From Candidatus Moraniibacteriota bacterium (GTDB lineage Bacteria > Patescibacteriota > Minisyncoccia > Moranbacterales > UBA2206), in NCBI GenBank assembly GCA_030645735.1, contig JAUSNP010000006.1:260824-324823 (forward strand): a stretch of DNA of 64,000 nt, written 5' to 3'. The position numbers were made by a program, and so were the translations under genes. Of this stretch, positions 1-9,405 are shown piece after piece. Each line of letters starts with the position of its first letter. The first letter of the stretch is position 1. The notes below the pieces were generated by a model. That model was not told where the DNA came from. It did no database searches and saw only the letters and a program-made list of their open reading frames with translations.

Positions 1-403
1 TTTTCCAAGAAAAAGTTTCCGGATATCGCTCAAACGACAAATCATGAATAGTGGAAATCAATTTAGTTTTTTGGCTCACACTGCCAAAGATGATGTTGGG
101 CATGAAAAAAATGTCCGCTCCGCCAATCAGCTGATCAATTTTCGGCCAATTCAAATACCAAAACAAAAAATTCAACAACTTATTAGGATAGTTGAATTTT
201 CGCAACGACACATTTGGATATTTTTCAAGCCAAGCAAAATCCGCTTTCGCAGAGCGAAAGGAATTGAAAAAAAGGACGAATTCATCCCGCGTGTCTAAAG
301 TGAAAATATTTTGCAAAAGATTGCGAGTATATTCTTCCACTCCCGTTCGCCGACCTTCCGCCAAGCATCTGACATCAATTCCGATTCGTGCCATATTTTT
401 TCT
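1..403 (-). CDS. Glycosyltransferase family 4 (group 1), 5' part only; the gene continues past the window start
   Basis: Minus-strand translation from the ATG at 401-403 reads MARIGIDVRCLAEGRRTGVEEYTRNLLQNIF..., a typical GT4 N-terminus. There is no stop inside the window, so the ORF track omitted it. Confidence 0.6.
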
Positions 404-413
404 ATTTCAATTC

Positions 414-1034
414 TTATTTCAAGTAATGTCGCAACATGATAATCCAAAATCCCAAAAATATTCCCATTGCCAACGAAGCTAGCAACAGAATAAGCGGACT
501 AACTCGATCCTGCACGATGACTGGATTTTGCGCCACTACCGCAAACCAAGTATTTTCATTTTGATTCTGATTCAAGGCTTCAGTGTTTTTAGTCACACCT
601 TCCAATACCGCTGAAGAAATTTTCTCAGCTGCATTTTCATCTTTGACTGAAAAAGAAACTGATACCACTTGTGAAGAAAGTTTTTCTGCTACAAAAGTTT
701 TTGACAGTTGGCGCAAACTCAAGCTAGCCGAATCCATTCCTGCCTTGTCCAGCACATCCGCCACTGTGCGTGGATTCTTGAGCCACTGCACAATTGTTTC
801 CGCAAATTTTTCATCCGCTTGCAGACGATAGAAATCATCATAGCGATAGTCGGCGGTTTGTTGAAAGCCACTACGCGTGATGTTTAGCGCTAATGAAGCT
901 GAAAATGAAATCGGCTTCAAGGTGAAATAGGCAAAAGTTCCCAGAATAACAATTGCAACAATGGACACAAATAACTTAAAGTTGTCTTTGAAGATTTTTA
1001 GATATTCTTTTAATTCCATATTCATTAAAATCAT
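414..1034 (-). CDS. Polysaccharide chain-length determinant (Wzz/Cap-like) membrane protein
   Basis: 206 aa with hydrophobic helices at both ends flanking a soluble domain. It sits between two glycosyltransferase genes. Confidence 0.5.
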   Translation of the reverse strand: MILMNMELKEYLKIFKDNFKLFVSIVAIVILGTFAYFTLKPISFSASLALNITRSGFQQTADYRYDDFYRLQADEKFAETIVQWLKNPRTVADVLDKAGMDSASLSLRQLSKTFVAEKLSSQVVSVSFSVKDENAAEKISSAVLEGVTKNTEALNQNQNENTWFAVVAQNPVIVQDRVSPLILLLASLAMGIFLGFWIIMLRHYLK

Positions 1035-1197
1035 AAATTCTAAATTACAAATACCAAATAAATTCTAAATTGCAATTTTCAAAATTCAAAACAGTTTTTT
1101 AAATTTTGGATTTTAGTTATTGTGATTTATTTAGGATTTGCAATTTTGGATTTTGGATTTTTCTTACTAATCCTAAAAAATACAAATTACACTGGCC

Positions 1198-2301
1198 TCA
1201 ATTTAATTTTTTAAACTTTTTATATTCACCTTCGATATATTCCTTTATTCTAGCCTTAAATAGGCTTTTGTCAAACTTTTTGGCCTTTTCTCGGCTATAT
1301 TCTGGGTCATATTGCAAAGCGTCCAACTTCTGAATAGCTGACACAATGTCTGAAACGGTCTGAGACTCAAAGAATATGCCTGATTTGCCTTCTTCTACAT
1401 GTTCCACCACATCTCCGCCTCGGAAGGCCACAATCGGCTTGCCAGAGGCCAGTGCTTCCATTGCTACAATTCCAAAGTCCTCCTCTTGTGGAAACAAAAA
1501 GGCTCGACATTTAGCATAATATTTCGGCAATTCCGAATCTGGCACACGACCCAAAAATTCAATATTTGAGTTAGCTAATTTCTGCAATCTTTTCATTTCT
1601 GGACCGCGACCAATGATTTTTAGCTTAAGCCCCAATTTATTGAAAGCCTTGATGGTGATGTCATGTCGTTTGTAGGCCACGAGCCTACCCACCATCAGAA
1701 ATGACCCGTCATTGTCGTTACTGACTGAGAATCTTTCTACATCCACGGGCGGATGAATGACGGTGCTATCGCGTTTATAATATTTTTTAATTCTTTTCGC
1801 TACAAAATTTGAATTGGCGATGATCTTATCTGGTCGTTCAGCGCTGACTCGATCCCAAATGCGAATATAGTTCATAAAAAACGGCACCAATTTCTTTACA
1901 ATATTGGGGAAATCAAAATCACTGGTATATTTCTGACAATCATCCCACGCATAGCGCATCGGGGTGTGCATATAGCACAGGTGCAATGTGTCTGGCCCGG
2001 TGATGATGCCTTTGGCATAGCTAGAAGAATCTGACAACACAATATCATAATTGGAAAAATCGAACTGCTCAATCGCCATGGGCATGAACTGCGGAAAAAT
2101 CCGATGATGCCTTTTGGCAAATGGCAATTTTTGAATAAAAGAAGTTTTGATTTTTTTGTCAGCAAAAACACCATGCATCAACTCTTTGTTGTACACCAAA
2201 GTATAAATTGGAGCATCAGGAAAAAGTTCAGTAAAACATTCCAGCACTCTTTCCGCTCCGCCATATTGAACCAAATAATCGTGAACTAAAGCTATGCGCA
2301 T
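1198..2301 (-). CDS. Glycosyltransferase family 4 (group 1 glycosyl transferase)
   Basis: 367 aa. N-terminus MRIALVHDYLVQYGGAERV. C-terminal GT4 motifs FLFPQEEDFGIVAMEALASGKPIV and EHVEEGKSG. The stop codon is TGA. Confidence 0.85.
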   Translation of the reverse strand: MRIALVHDYLVQYGGAERVLECFTELFPDAPIYTLVYNKELMHGVFADKKIKTSFIQKLPFAKRHHRIFPQFMPMAIEQFDFSNYDIVLSDSSSYAKGIITGPDTLHLCYMHTPMRYAWDDCQKYTSDFDFPNIVKKLVPFFMNYIRIWDRVSAERPDKIIANSNFVAKRIKKYYKRDSTVIHPPVDVERFSVSNDNDGSFLMVGRLVAYKRHDITIKAFNKLGLKLKIIGRGPEMKRLQKLANSNIEFLGRVPDSELPKYYAKCRAFLFPQEEDFGIVAMEALASGKPIVAFRGGDVVEHVEEGKSGIFFESQTVSDIVSAIQKLDALQYDPEYSREKAKKFDKSLFKARIKEYIEGEYKKFKKLN

Positions 2302-2921
2302 AAATTGAATCTTTTCTCTATTTTACCTTTTTTTCGAGTTTTGAACAAACAAAACTGAATTGATTAAAAAAGGGCTTGCAGATTAGCTAATCTGCAAGCC
2401 TTGCCCGAGCAACAGCATTACCCTCCTCCCCACCCCTTAGTAGATTTTGGTTTTATTTCCTTATTGCACTTTGTGCAAAAATATTTATCATCCACTAGAT
2501 AAACTCTTTCACCACACGCACAGGTTATATACCTCATTCTCCACCTCCCAAAGAACTATTTTTAGTTTTTCCAAACAAAAAAACACCCAGAAAGGTGCCA
2601 GCACTTGTTTCCACTCATCAACTCTGTTCATTTGACATGAACGACTTTGATTATCCCATGATTACGGAGGATGCCGAATTTTCACTCTATGCAAAAATCA
2701 CCTTTCCCGAGTTCTCGGGATAAACTAGACCCAACCCTCTGATATTATTCAGAGGATCTAATTTGTAGGTTTTGTAATTGTTAACTTGTATTCTCAGTAT
2801 AACATTATTATGTAAACTGTCAAAGGTATTTTCAAAAACTTTTTTTGAAAAACAAAAGAGGGATTCAAATCTGGCTAGATTTAAACCCCCCTCCCTCACT
2901 CGATTTTTCGAGCACACCCAA

Positions 2922-3570
2922 TCACTCAGTCACCGGACAATCGGGATAGTGCGGATTGTCATTAAACTTATCCGCAAAAAACTGAGCCCCCTTAACTTCA
3001 GGTATGCCGACATTGAAACTGAAGTCCGCAAGGACAGTGACAATGCGAAACTTCACCAAATCACTACATGGCCTTTGGGATAGCTGCCCGATGCCCTGTT
3101 TATGCTTCTGATACTCGCAGATTGCCTGCATAGTATCATCGCCAAGCAATCTTATGATGTCCGCAACCAAATCACGCTTCTCAATCCTCTCACCCAACAA
3201 CAGGATGACAGGTGAGGCATCCGAACTGCCACAATTCGCCATCTGCATAACTTCCTCCCGCTGTTGAATTCTTACTGAAGAAAAAGCACGGATTCTCATT
3301 AAGTTTTGTAGCAACTATTGCCACATTCACATCATCGCAAACACGCCGGCAAAAACGCAATGCTTCTAAGGTATGAACCAGAATGATCCCTTCTGCCCAC
3401 TCTCCAGAAAGATATTTGACATCCTCTGGATTATTGCCAGTGCTGTAGTTAAAAATTGCTTCCTTAATGTTGTCATCCAAGGAAGCTACTATCTCTTCAA
3501 GCACTCTTGCCATACACAACCCCCTCAGCAAAATTTTTTGATAAAAATCTCTCGTCAAGAGAAGTCTCAA
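2922..3570 (-). pseudogene. Two overlapping hypothetical ORFs (3190..3570 and 2922..3314) in different frames. This may be one frameshifted gene inside a GC-richer island.
   Basis: 126-aa and 130-aa ORFs overlap by 125 nt. Local GC is about 47% against about 36% in the flanks. No family is recognised. Confidence 0.3.
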
Positions 3571-3600
3571 CTAAGTTATTCAAAGAACACGAAACCTCTA

Positions 3601-5040
3601 TTAAAAATTCTTTCTTTTTCCAAACAAAACTCCAATTGTTTTGAGACATATCTGCACATCCAGCCACAACGACCAGTTTTCAATATAATATAAATCCAAT
3701 TTATACTCGTCTTCAAAATCCAAATCTGAACGACCAGAAACTTGCGCCATACCTGTCACGCCAGGTTTAATAGTCAACAATCTTCTGTGGTAATCCATAT
3801 ATTTTTCCACTTCTCGATGTTGGTGCGGACGTGGTCCCACCAAGCTCATCGAGCCAAACAAAACATTGAAAAATTGTGGCAATTCATCAATCGATAATTT
3901 TTCAATAAAACCACCAACCCTAGTTTTACGAGGATCTTTTTTGATTTTATACAATGGCCCCTTTCGAACACTTTGCGTTTCAATCAAATCTTTTTCCAAT
4001 TCCAAAGCTTCGTTCACTTTCGGGTTTTCACGAGTCACGCAACAATCCCATTTCATATAGCGGAATTTGTACACAAAAAAGCTTGCGCCATCGTTGCCCA
4101 CTCTTTCATTTTTATAAATAATTGGGCCCTTGCTATCAATCCAAATTGCCAGAGCTGTTAGAATCATAATCGGCGAAGTCAAAACAATTCCAATTACAGA
4201 AGCGACAATATCAAAAGTTCTCTTCAAAATCTTACCCCAACCATCCAGAGGCGTGTGCTTCACTTCAATCAATGGCTCGCCATTTAGGACACCAACTTCA
4301 TATTTAGAAGTCTGCAGGGTGGTCGGCATATATTTATATGTGATATTATTGAGCGCGCAATAATCGATTAATTTTGCCTGATCATCATCCGTCACTGATG
4401 GTTCACATAAAATTATTTCGTCGATCCCTTTTTCTTGGCGAATTATTTTAATCACTTTCAAATGCGCCGTTTCAATCTGATCGATAATGCGATAACCTAG
4501 ATTCTTATTCTGTTTGATTAGTTTGGCCATCGTATCCATCTTGCCATTGCGACCAATAAGCAAAACGCGATGCACGCCAATACCTCTACTCTTCAAAAGC
4601 CATTGTTGAAAAAGTTTCAAAATATATCTTCCCAGAATCACATAAGCCACTGCCATGAGCCAGGCAGCTAGAATTATAAAGCGCGAAGAAAACCATTCTC
4701 GTTTCAGGAATATCAAAATAATAATAATGACCAAACCAATGGAAGTGGCGCTGAAAATCTTCGCAGCTTCTTTCCAAAATTTTCTCGTCACGCGAATATC
4801 ATACAGCCCTTCGACGGCATAAATCAAAATAAAAAACGGCGCCGTAGCCAGAGCTATTTTTATATATTCATTTAAATATACACCATTGAGCGTCAATGAC
4901 TTTAATTGAAAATAATCCAAAACCATTGGCAATTCACGCACAGCAAAAGCACTGACCGCAGCCAGTACTATCATCAGAAAATCAATTGGAACTTGCAGAC
5001 CGCTAAAGAATAATTCGGATCGTTTCATAGTAAAACTCAC
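3601..5040 (-). CDS. Undecaprenyl-phosphate sugar phosphotransferase (WbaP/WcaJ-type priming transferase)
   Basis: 479 aa. N-terminal transmembrane segments plus the C-terminal bacterial sugar-transferase domain (RPMSLVGPRPHQ..., GVTGMAQVSGRSDL). Confidence 0.85.
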   Translation of the reverse strand: MSFTMKRSELFFSGLQVPIDFLMIVLAAVSAFAVRELPMVLDYFQLKSLTLNGVYLNEYIKIALATAPFFILIYAVEGLYDIRVTRKFWKEAAKIFSATSIGLVIIIILIFLKREWFSSRFIILAAWLMAVAYVILGRYILKLFQQWLLKSRGIGVHRVLLIGRNGKMDTMAKLIKQNKNLGYRIIDQIETAHLKVIKIIRQEKGIDEIILCEPSVTDDDQAKLIDYCALNNITYKYMPTTLQTSKYEVGVLNGEPLIEVKHTPLDGWGKILKRTFDIVASVIGIVLTSPIMILTALAIWIDSKGPIIYKNERVGNDGASFFVYKFRYMKWDCCVTRENPKVNEALELEKDLIETQSVRKGPLYKIKKDPRKTRVGGFIEKLSIDELPQFFNVLFGSMSLVGPRPHQHREVEKYMDYHRRLLTIKPGVTGMAQVSGRSDLDFEDEYKLDLYYIENWSLWLDVQICLKTIGVLFGKRKNF

Positions 5041-5131
5041 TAATTTAAGACAAATTTAAAAACTAATTTTCACGAATATTTGCGCTGATTTGTTTTTTAT
5101 TAGCATCTACTTCGCGAGTTCTTTGAATTGA

Positions 5132-5548
5132 GGATTTTCAAGGCAAATCTATAAGCCGGATTTTGTTGAAAGAAATCATTTATCTAGGCCAAACATTGCT
5201 GATTGGCTCTTGCAGTACCCGCCAATACGAAACACTATAAACTTCATCGAAACACTATCATGAAATTCACAATGCTTCGCATTGGCGTACGACCTTGCAT
5301 CTAGGTAAGGATTTAGCCGTTTCACTCCTCGACTTCACTCAGAGCAAGCCCTAAGTTTATTTCGAAGACTATTCCGCTTTTATACGGAATCTGCAATCCT
5401 TTCGAATTACAGCGTCTCTGCTCGCACCTCGTAGGTTACCCTAGACGGGTATTACCCGCTACCGATCCATTGCAAAGCAATGGTTGATGTCCGGACTTTC
5501 CTCCTCGACTTTGACGTCGAGGCGATTTCTCAATTTACCTTGAAAATT
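5132..5548 (-). ncRNA. rnpB: RNase P RNA, bacterial type
   Basis: Minus-strand reading contains the P4 5' strand GAGGAAAGTCCGGAC, the element GGCCTAGATAAATGATT (E. coli: GGCCUAGAUGAAUGACU), and the P4 3' strand ACAAAATCCGGCTTATAG. A P1 helix pairs tttcaaggtaaat with atttgccttgaaa at the two ends. Confidence 0.8.
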
Positions 5549-5639
5549 CCCAATTCAATTATTAAAAAACACTTCTTATCATAATTCATTTTTAGGACTT
5601 TGTCAATCATTGAAAACAAGTATTGCTTTATCTAAGCCA

Positions 5640-8249
5640 CTAAATCGCCTTCAAATTCTTTTTAAGCTCTTTCTGAATCTGCAATTTGTCCATATATTCG
5701 CCTATTCTAGTCTTTGTTGCCTCAAGAATCTCTTTCGGCGCTCCGGCTACAAAATTTTTGTTTTTGAGCATGCCTTCATTTTTGGCAATCAGATTTTCCA
5801 AATTCACAATCTCCTTGTCAATCGAGATGAGCTCTTTTTCCATATCAATTGATTTGGCAATGTTGAGTTGCAAAGCTCTTTTCCTTGTTGCCACCTGAAT
5901 CATTTTTGCTTTCACGCCTTTGCCGGTTTCAATTTTGACTCGCGCCAATCTTTCGATGATTTCTTTTTCTATTTTTTTCTTGCCAAAGCCCTCGATCAAA
6001 TTGACTGGGTCGATGTGATAGCTGGAACGAATGTTGCGAATCTTGGCAATCAATTCTTGCAAATCAGCAAAATCAATCTGCACTTTCGTATCGATACATT
6101 TTTTTGGATTCTTCGGCCACTGCGCCATCATCAGCATTTTACGACCATCAAACATTTGTTGATAAATTTCCTCAGTTACAAATGGTGTGAATGGATGCCA
6201 CAATTTCAAAATTTTATCTAAAACATAACCTAAAACCTTGGTGTTTTTTTCCAACTTGTGAATTTCCACATACCAATCTGCGAAACTGTCCCAAGTGAAT
6301 TTGCGCAAAGTATCTTGCGCCAAAGAAATGTTTTTGTCTTTCATAAACTCAGTCACGTTCCTTGTCGTTTCTTCGAGTTCGCACACAATCCAATTATCTG
6401 ACAAAGTTTTCAAATCTTTCTTGCTGATTTTTTCTACCAAGGCAAAGTTTTCATCTGCTTGGGTGCAATAACGGAAAATGTTCCACAGCTTGGTTACAAA
6501 ATTGCGGAAACCTTCAATTTTCTCTTCCGACAATCTTGAGTCCTGTCCTGGCGCAATGTCCATCACCAAACTCAAACGCAAAGCATCCGCGCCGAATTTA
6601 TTGATAATATCCATCGGGTCGATTCCATTGCCTTTTGATTTGGAAAATTTCTGCCCATCTTTATCACGCACTAGACCGGTGAAATACAAATTTTTGAAAG
6701 GTGTTTTGTCAGTGCGATAACTGCCCATCATCAACATGCGCGCTGCCCAGAAAAACAACAAGTCGCGCCCAGTAATCATGGCGTCAGTTGGATAGAAATT
6801 TTTTGCATCTTTGCCATTTGGATATCCCAGGGTTGAATATGGCCACTGACTGGAAGAAAACCAAGTGTCGAAAGTATTTTCATCTTGCACCCAGCCATCA
6901 CCTTTCGGTTTTTCCAATCCAACATAAATTTCTTGTTCCCCATTGACTTTTGACTTTCGACTTTCGACTTTCGACTTCTCTCGATACCAAACTGGGAATT
7001 GCGGACCCCACCAAATTTGTCGCGAGATGCACCAATCTTGCAAATTGGAAAACCACTGAATCAAAATTTTCTTGAAATTTTCTGGATAAATTTCCACCTT
7101 GCCAGACTTGATCAATTCCAAGGCTTGTTTCTTGAGAGAAATTTTCTCATCGTCAACTTTCACAAACCATTGATTGGAAATCAATGGTTCAATCACGGTT
7201 TTACATCTCTCGCAAACCGAAACATTGTTTGCCAAAGATTCTTCTTTTTCCAAAAATCCCAACGTCTGCAAATCAACCACAATTTTAGCGCGCGCTCCTA
7301 AAACATCAAATCCTTCATATTCTCCGCCATTGGCCGTGATTTTGGCCTTTTCATCAATCACAGAAATTTCTTCCAATTTGTGATCCTTGCCGATTTGCCA
7401 ATCCAATGGATCATGCGCTGGCGTGATTTTGACCGCGCCAGTTCCAAATTCCATATCGATGCGCCGATCAGCGATGACTGGAATTTCCCGATTCTGCAAT
7501 GGCAAAATTAGATTCTGTCCGATGAAACTCAAGAATCGCTTGTCCTTCGGATTGACGGCCACCGCCGTGTCACCCAGCATGGTTTCTGGACGCGTCGTGG
7601 CCACGGTCAAAAATTCCTTGGAATCTTTGACTGGATATTTAATATAATATAATTTTCCCGCTTGTTCTTTGTGCTCCACCTCCACATCAGCCAAAGCCGT
7701 GCCACAACGTGAACACCAATTGATGATGCGATGCCCTTTGTAGACTAAGCCGTCTTTATACATCTGCACAAAAGTTTCCAATGCAATTTTGAGGCCTGCT
7801 GGATCAAGAGTGAATTTTTCACGTGACCAATCTGCACTGATACCAATTTTCTTTTCTTGCGCGCGCATATACTGCGAACGATCCATACAAAAATCATAAC
7901 AAGCTTGATAGAATTTTTCCCGTCCCATCTCATGGCGGCTGATGCCCTGCTCGGCTTTGAGTTTTCGTTCAAACACCACTTGGGTTTGGATGCCAGCATG
8001 ATCCTTGCCTGGCAACAATAAAACCTTCTTACCTTGCATGCGCTCGAAACGTCCGAAGATATCCATCACGGTATAGCCACTAGCATGTCCCAGATGCAAT
8101 TCACCATTGGCATTGGGTGGTGGCAAAACATTGCAATATTTTTTAGTTGACTTGATATTGTCCGGGTTGAAAAAACTGCTCCCTTCCCAGAGTTTATATA
8201 TCGCGTCTTCGCGCTCCTTGAAATCAAATTGTTTAGAAATTTCTCGCAT
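5640..8249 (-). CDS. valS: Valine--tRNA ligase
   Basis: 869 aa. Class I HIGH (PPNANGELHLGHA) and KMSKS (KFSKSKGN) motifs, an editing domain, and a C-terminal coiled coil. It contains an in-frame 7-bp x5 tandem repeat at 6945-6979. Confidence 0.9.
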   Translation of the reverse strand: MREISKQFDFKEREDAIYKLWEGSSFFNPDNIKSTKKYCNVLPPPNANGELHLGHASGYTVMDIFGRFERMQGKKVLLLPGKDHAGIQTQVVFERKLKAEQGISRHEMGREKFYQACYDFCMDRSQYMRAQEKKIGISADWSREKFTLDPAGLKIALETFVQMYKDGLVYKGHRIINWCSRCGTALADVEVEHKEQAGKLYYIKYPVKDSKEFLTVATTRPETMLGDTAVAVNPKDKRFLSFIGQNLILPLQNREIPVIADRRIDMEFGTGAVKITPAHDPLDWQIGKDHKLEEISVIDEKAKITANGGEYEGFDVLGARAKIVVDLQTLGFLEKEESLANNVSVCERCKTVIEPLISNQWFVKVDDEKISLKKQALELIKSGKVEIYPENFKKILIQWFSNLQDWCISRQIWWGPQFPVWYREKSKVESRKSKVNGEQEIYVGLEKPKGDGWVQDENTFDTWFSSSQWPYSTLGYPNGKDAKNFYPTDAMITGRDLLFFWAARMLMMGSYRTDKTPFKNLYFTGLVRDKDGQKFSKSKGNGIDPMDIINKFGADALRLSLVMDIAPGQDSRLSEEKIEGFRNFVTKLWNIFRYCTQADENFALVEKISKKDLKTLSDNWIVCELEETTRNVTEFMKDKNISLAQDTLRKFTWDSFADWYVEIHKLEKNTKVLGYVLDKILKLWHPFTPFVTEEIYQQMFDGRKMLMMAQWPKNPKKCIDTKVQIDFADLQELIAKIRNIRSSYHIDPVNLIEGFGKKKIEKEIIERLARVKIETGKGVKAKMIQVATRKRALQLNIAKSIDMEKELISIDKEIVNLENLIAKNEGMLKNKNFVAGAPKEILEATKTRIGEYMDKLQIQKELKKNLKAI

Positions 8250-8255
8250 TATAAT

Positions 8256-9395
8256 TTATCTTAATTCCGCATTCAATTCCTTTTCAGTTTTTGTGCGGAT
8301 TTTTGCTTGGATCTCATTGATTTCTTCATTGGTCAAAGTTCTTTCAGATGAACGATAGGTTATGCGAAAGGTGTAGCTCTTTTTGTCCGCACCAAACTTT
8401 TCCTCATTCTCATATTCATCCAAAAGCTTCACTTCCTCAATTAGATTGTCCGCATAATCTCGAACGATTTCATAATAATTATTGAGGCTTATGTCCTTAT
8501 TAATGACAAATGAAATGTCTCTAGTAGTTGCGGGAAACTTGCTAACCTCTTTGAATTTACTGTTGATGTCTTTGAATTGACTTGTGATTCTTTCATCAGT
8601 CGACCAGATAATTCGAATATCCGGTATTTCCATTTTTATCATTGCCAATCTCTCTCCAAAACCAAAAGCCCAACCATTGTAGACTTCTGGATCTAGGCCA
8701 AAGTTTTTCAAAACAACCGGGCTAACTAGTCCAGCACCATTGACCTCCATCCAATCTCCGTTGAATTTGATATCCATCTCCAAACTCTCTACTGTGTATG
8801 GGAAATTGTCTTCCAAAAATTTATACTCAATGTCTGATCCAAAAATCCCCTTGGCCAAATCAATCTGAACATCTTTTAGATCCTGCTGAGTGACAATTTT
8901 TTTGTCTTTTTTGCAAATAAACAATCCATCAATTTGATGAAAAGCCGGAAAATGATGCCTGTCTATTTCATCTTTTCTAAAAACAATTCCTGGAGCCAAG
9001 GCCTTGATTTCACCTTCTTCTTCCAATTTTTTCAAAACCTCTTTGTCTTTCAAATAGAAAGACCAAAAAGCTGTCATCTGCGTTCTCAAGATATGCACAT
9101 CATCCAAATAATATGTGTCGGTTTCTCCTCGACTTGGATGATCCTTCGGAGCGTTCAAAAGATCAAAGCATTGCTCGACGGTTATGATTTTTGGAAATTC
9201 AACGATATCAAAGCCTTCAAATCTTGGTAAGTTTATTATTTGATCAAATAAAATTTTCACCGGTGAATGTTCTTTTTTTGTAAGGTCCGGCAAAGCCAAA
9301 AATCTTTTTATGCGCTCGGCTTTTATATCACTTCTTTTATTCAATTCTTCTATTAACTTTTTTTCATCATTGTCCTCAATAACAATCTTGCGCAT
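8256..9395 (-). CDS. pheS: Phenylalanine--tRNA ligase alpha-like catalytic subunit with a fused C-terminal FDX-ACB anticodon-binding domain (mitochondrial-type single-chain architecture)
   Basis: 379 aa. Class II motifs HPSRGETDTYYL, FRKDEIDRHHFPAFHQIDG and GWAFGFGERLAMI. The C-terminus FPATTRDISFVINKD...YTFRITYRSSERTLTNEEI matches the PheT C-terminal B8 (FDX-ACB) domain. Confidence 0.75.
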   Translation of the reverse strand: MRKIVIEDNDEKKLIEELNKRSDIKAERIKRFLALPDLTKKEHSPVKILFDQIINLPRFEGFDIVEFPKIITVEQCFDLLNAPKDHPSRGETDTYYLDDVHILRTQMTAFWSFYLKDKEVLKKLEEEGEIKALAPGIVFRKDEIDRHHFPAFHQIDGLFICKKDKKIVTQQDLKDVQIDLAKGIFGSDIEYKFLEDNFPYTVESLEMDIKFNGDWMEVNGAGLVSPVVLKNFGLDPEVYNGWAFGFGERLAMIKMEIPDIRIIWSTDERITSQFKDINSKFKEVSKFPATTRDISFVINKDISLNNYYEIVRDYADNLIEEVKLLDEYENEEKFGADKKSYTFRITYRSSERTLTNEEINEIQAKIRTKTEKELNAELR

Positions 9396-9405
9396 ATTTT
9401 TTTAT

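Noticed and set aside
5040-5640. Plus-strand ORFs 5610..5852 and 5686..5898 in the rnpB/valS region
   Set aside because: They overlap the valS C-terminus and the RNase P RNA on the opposite strand. No support.
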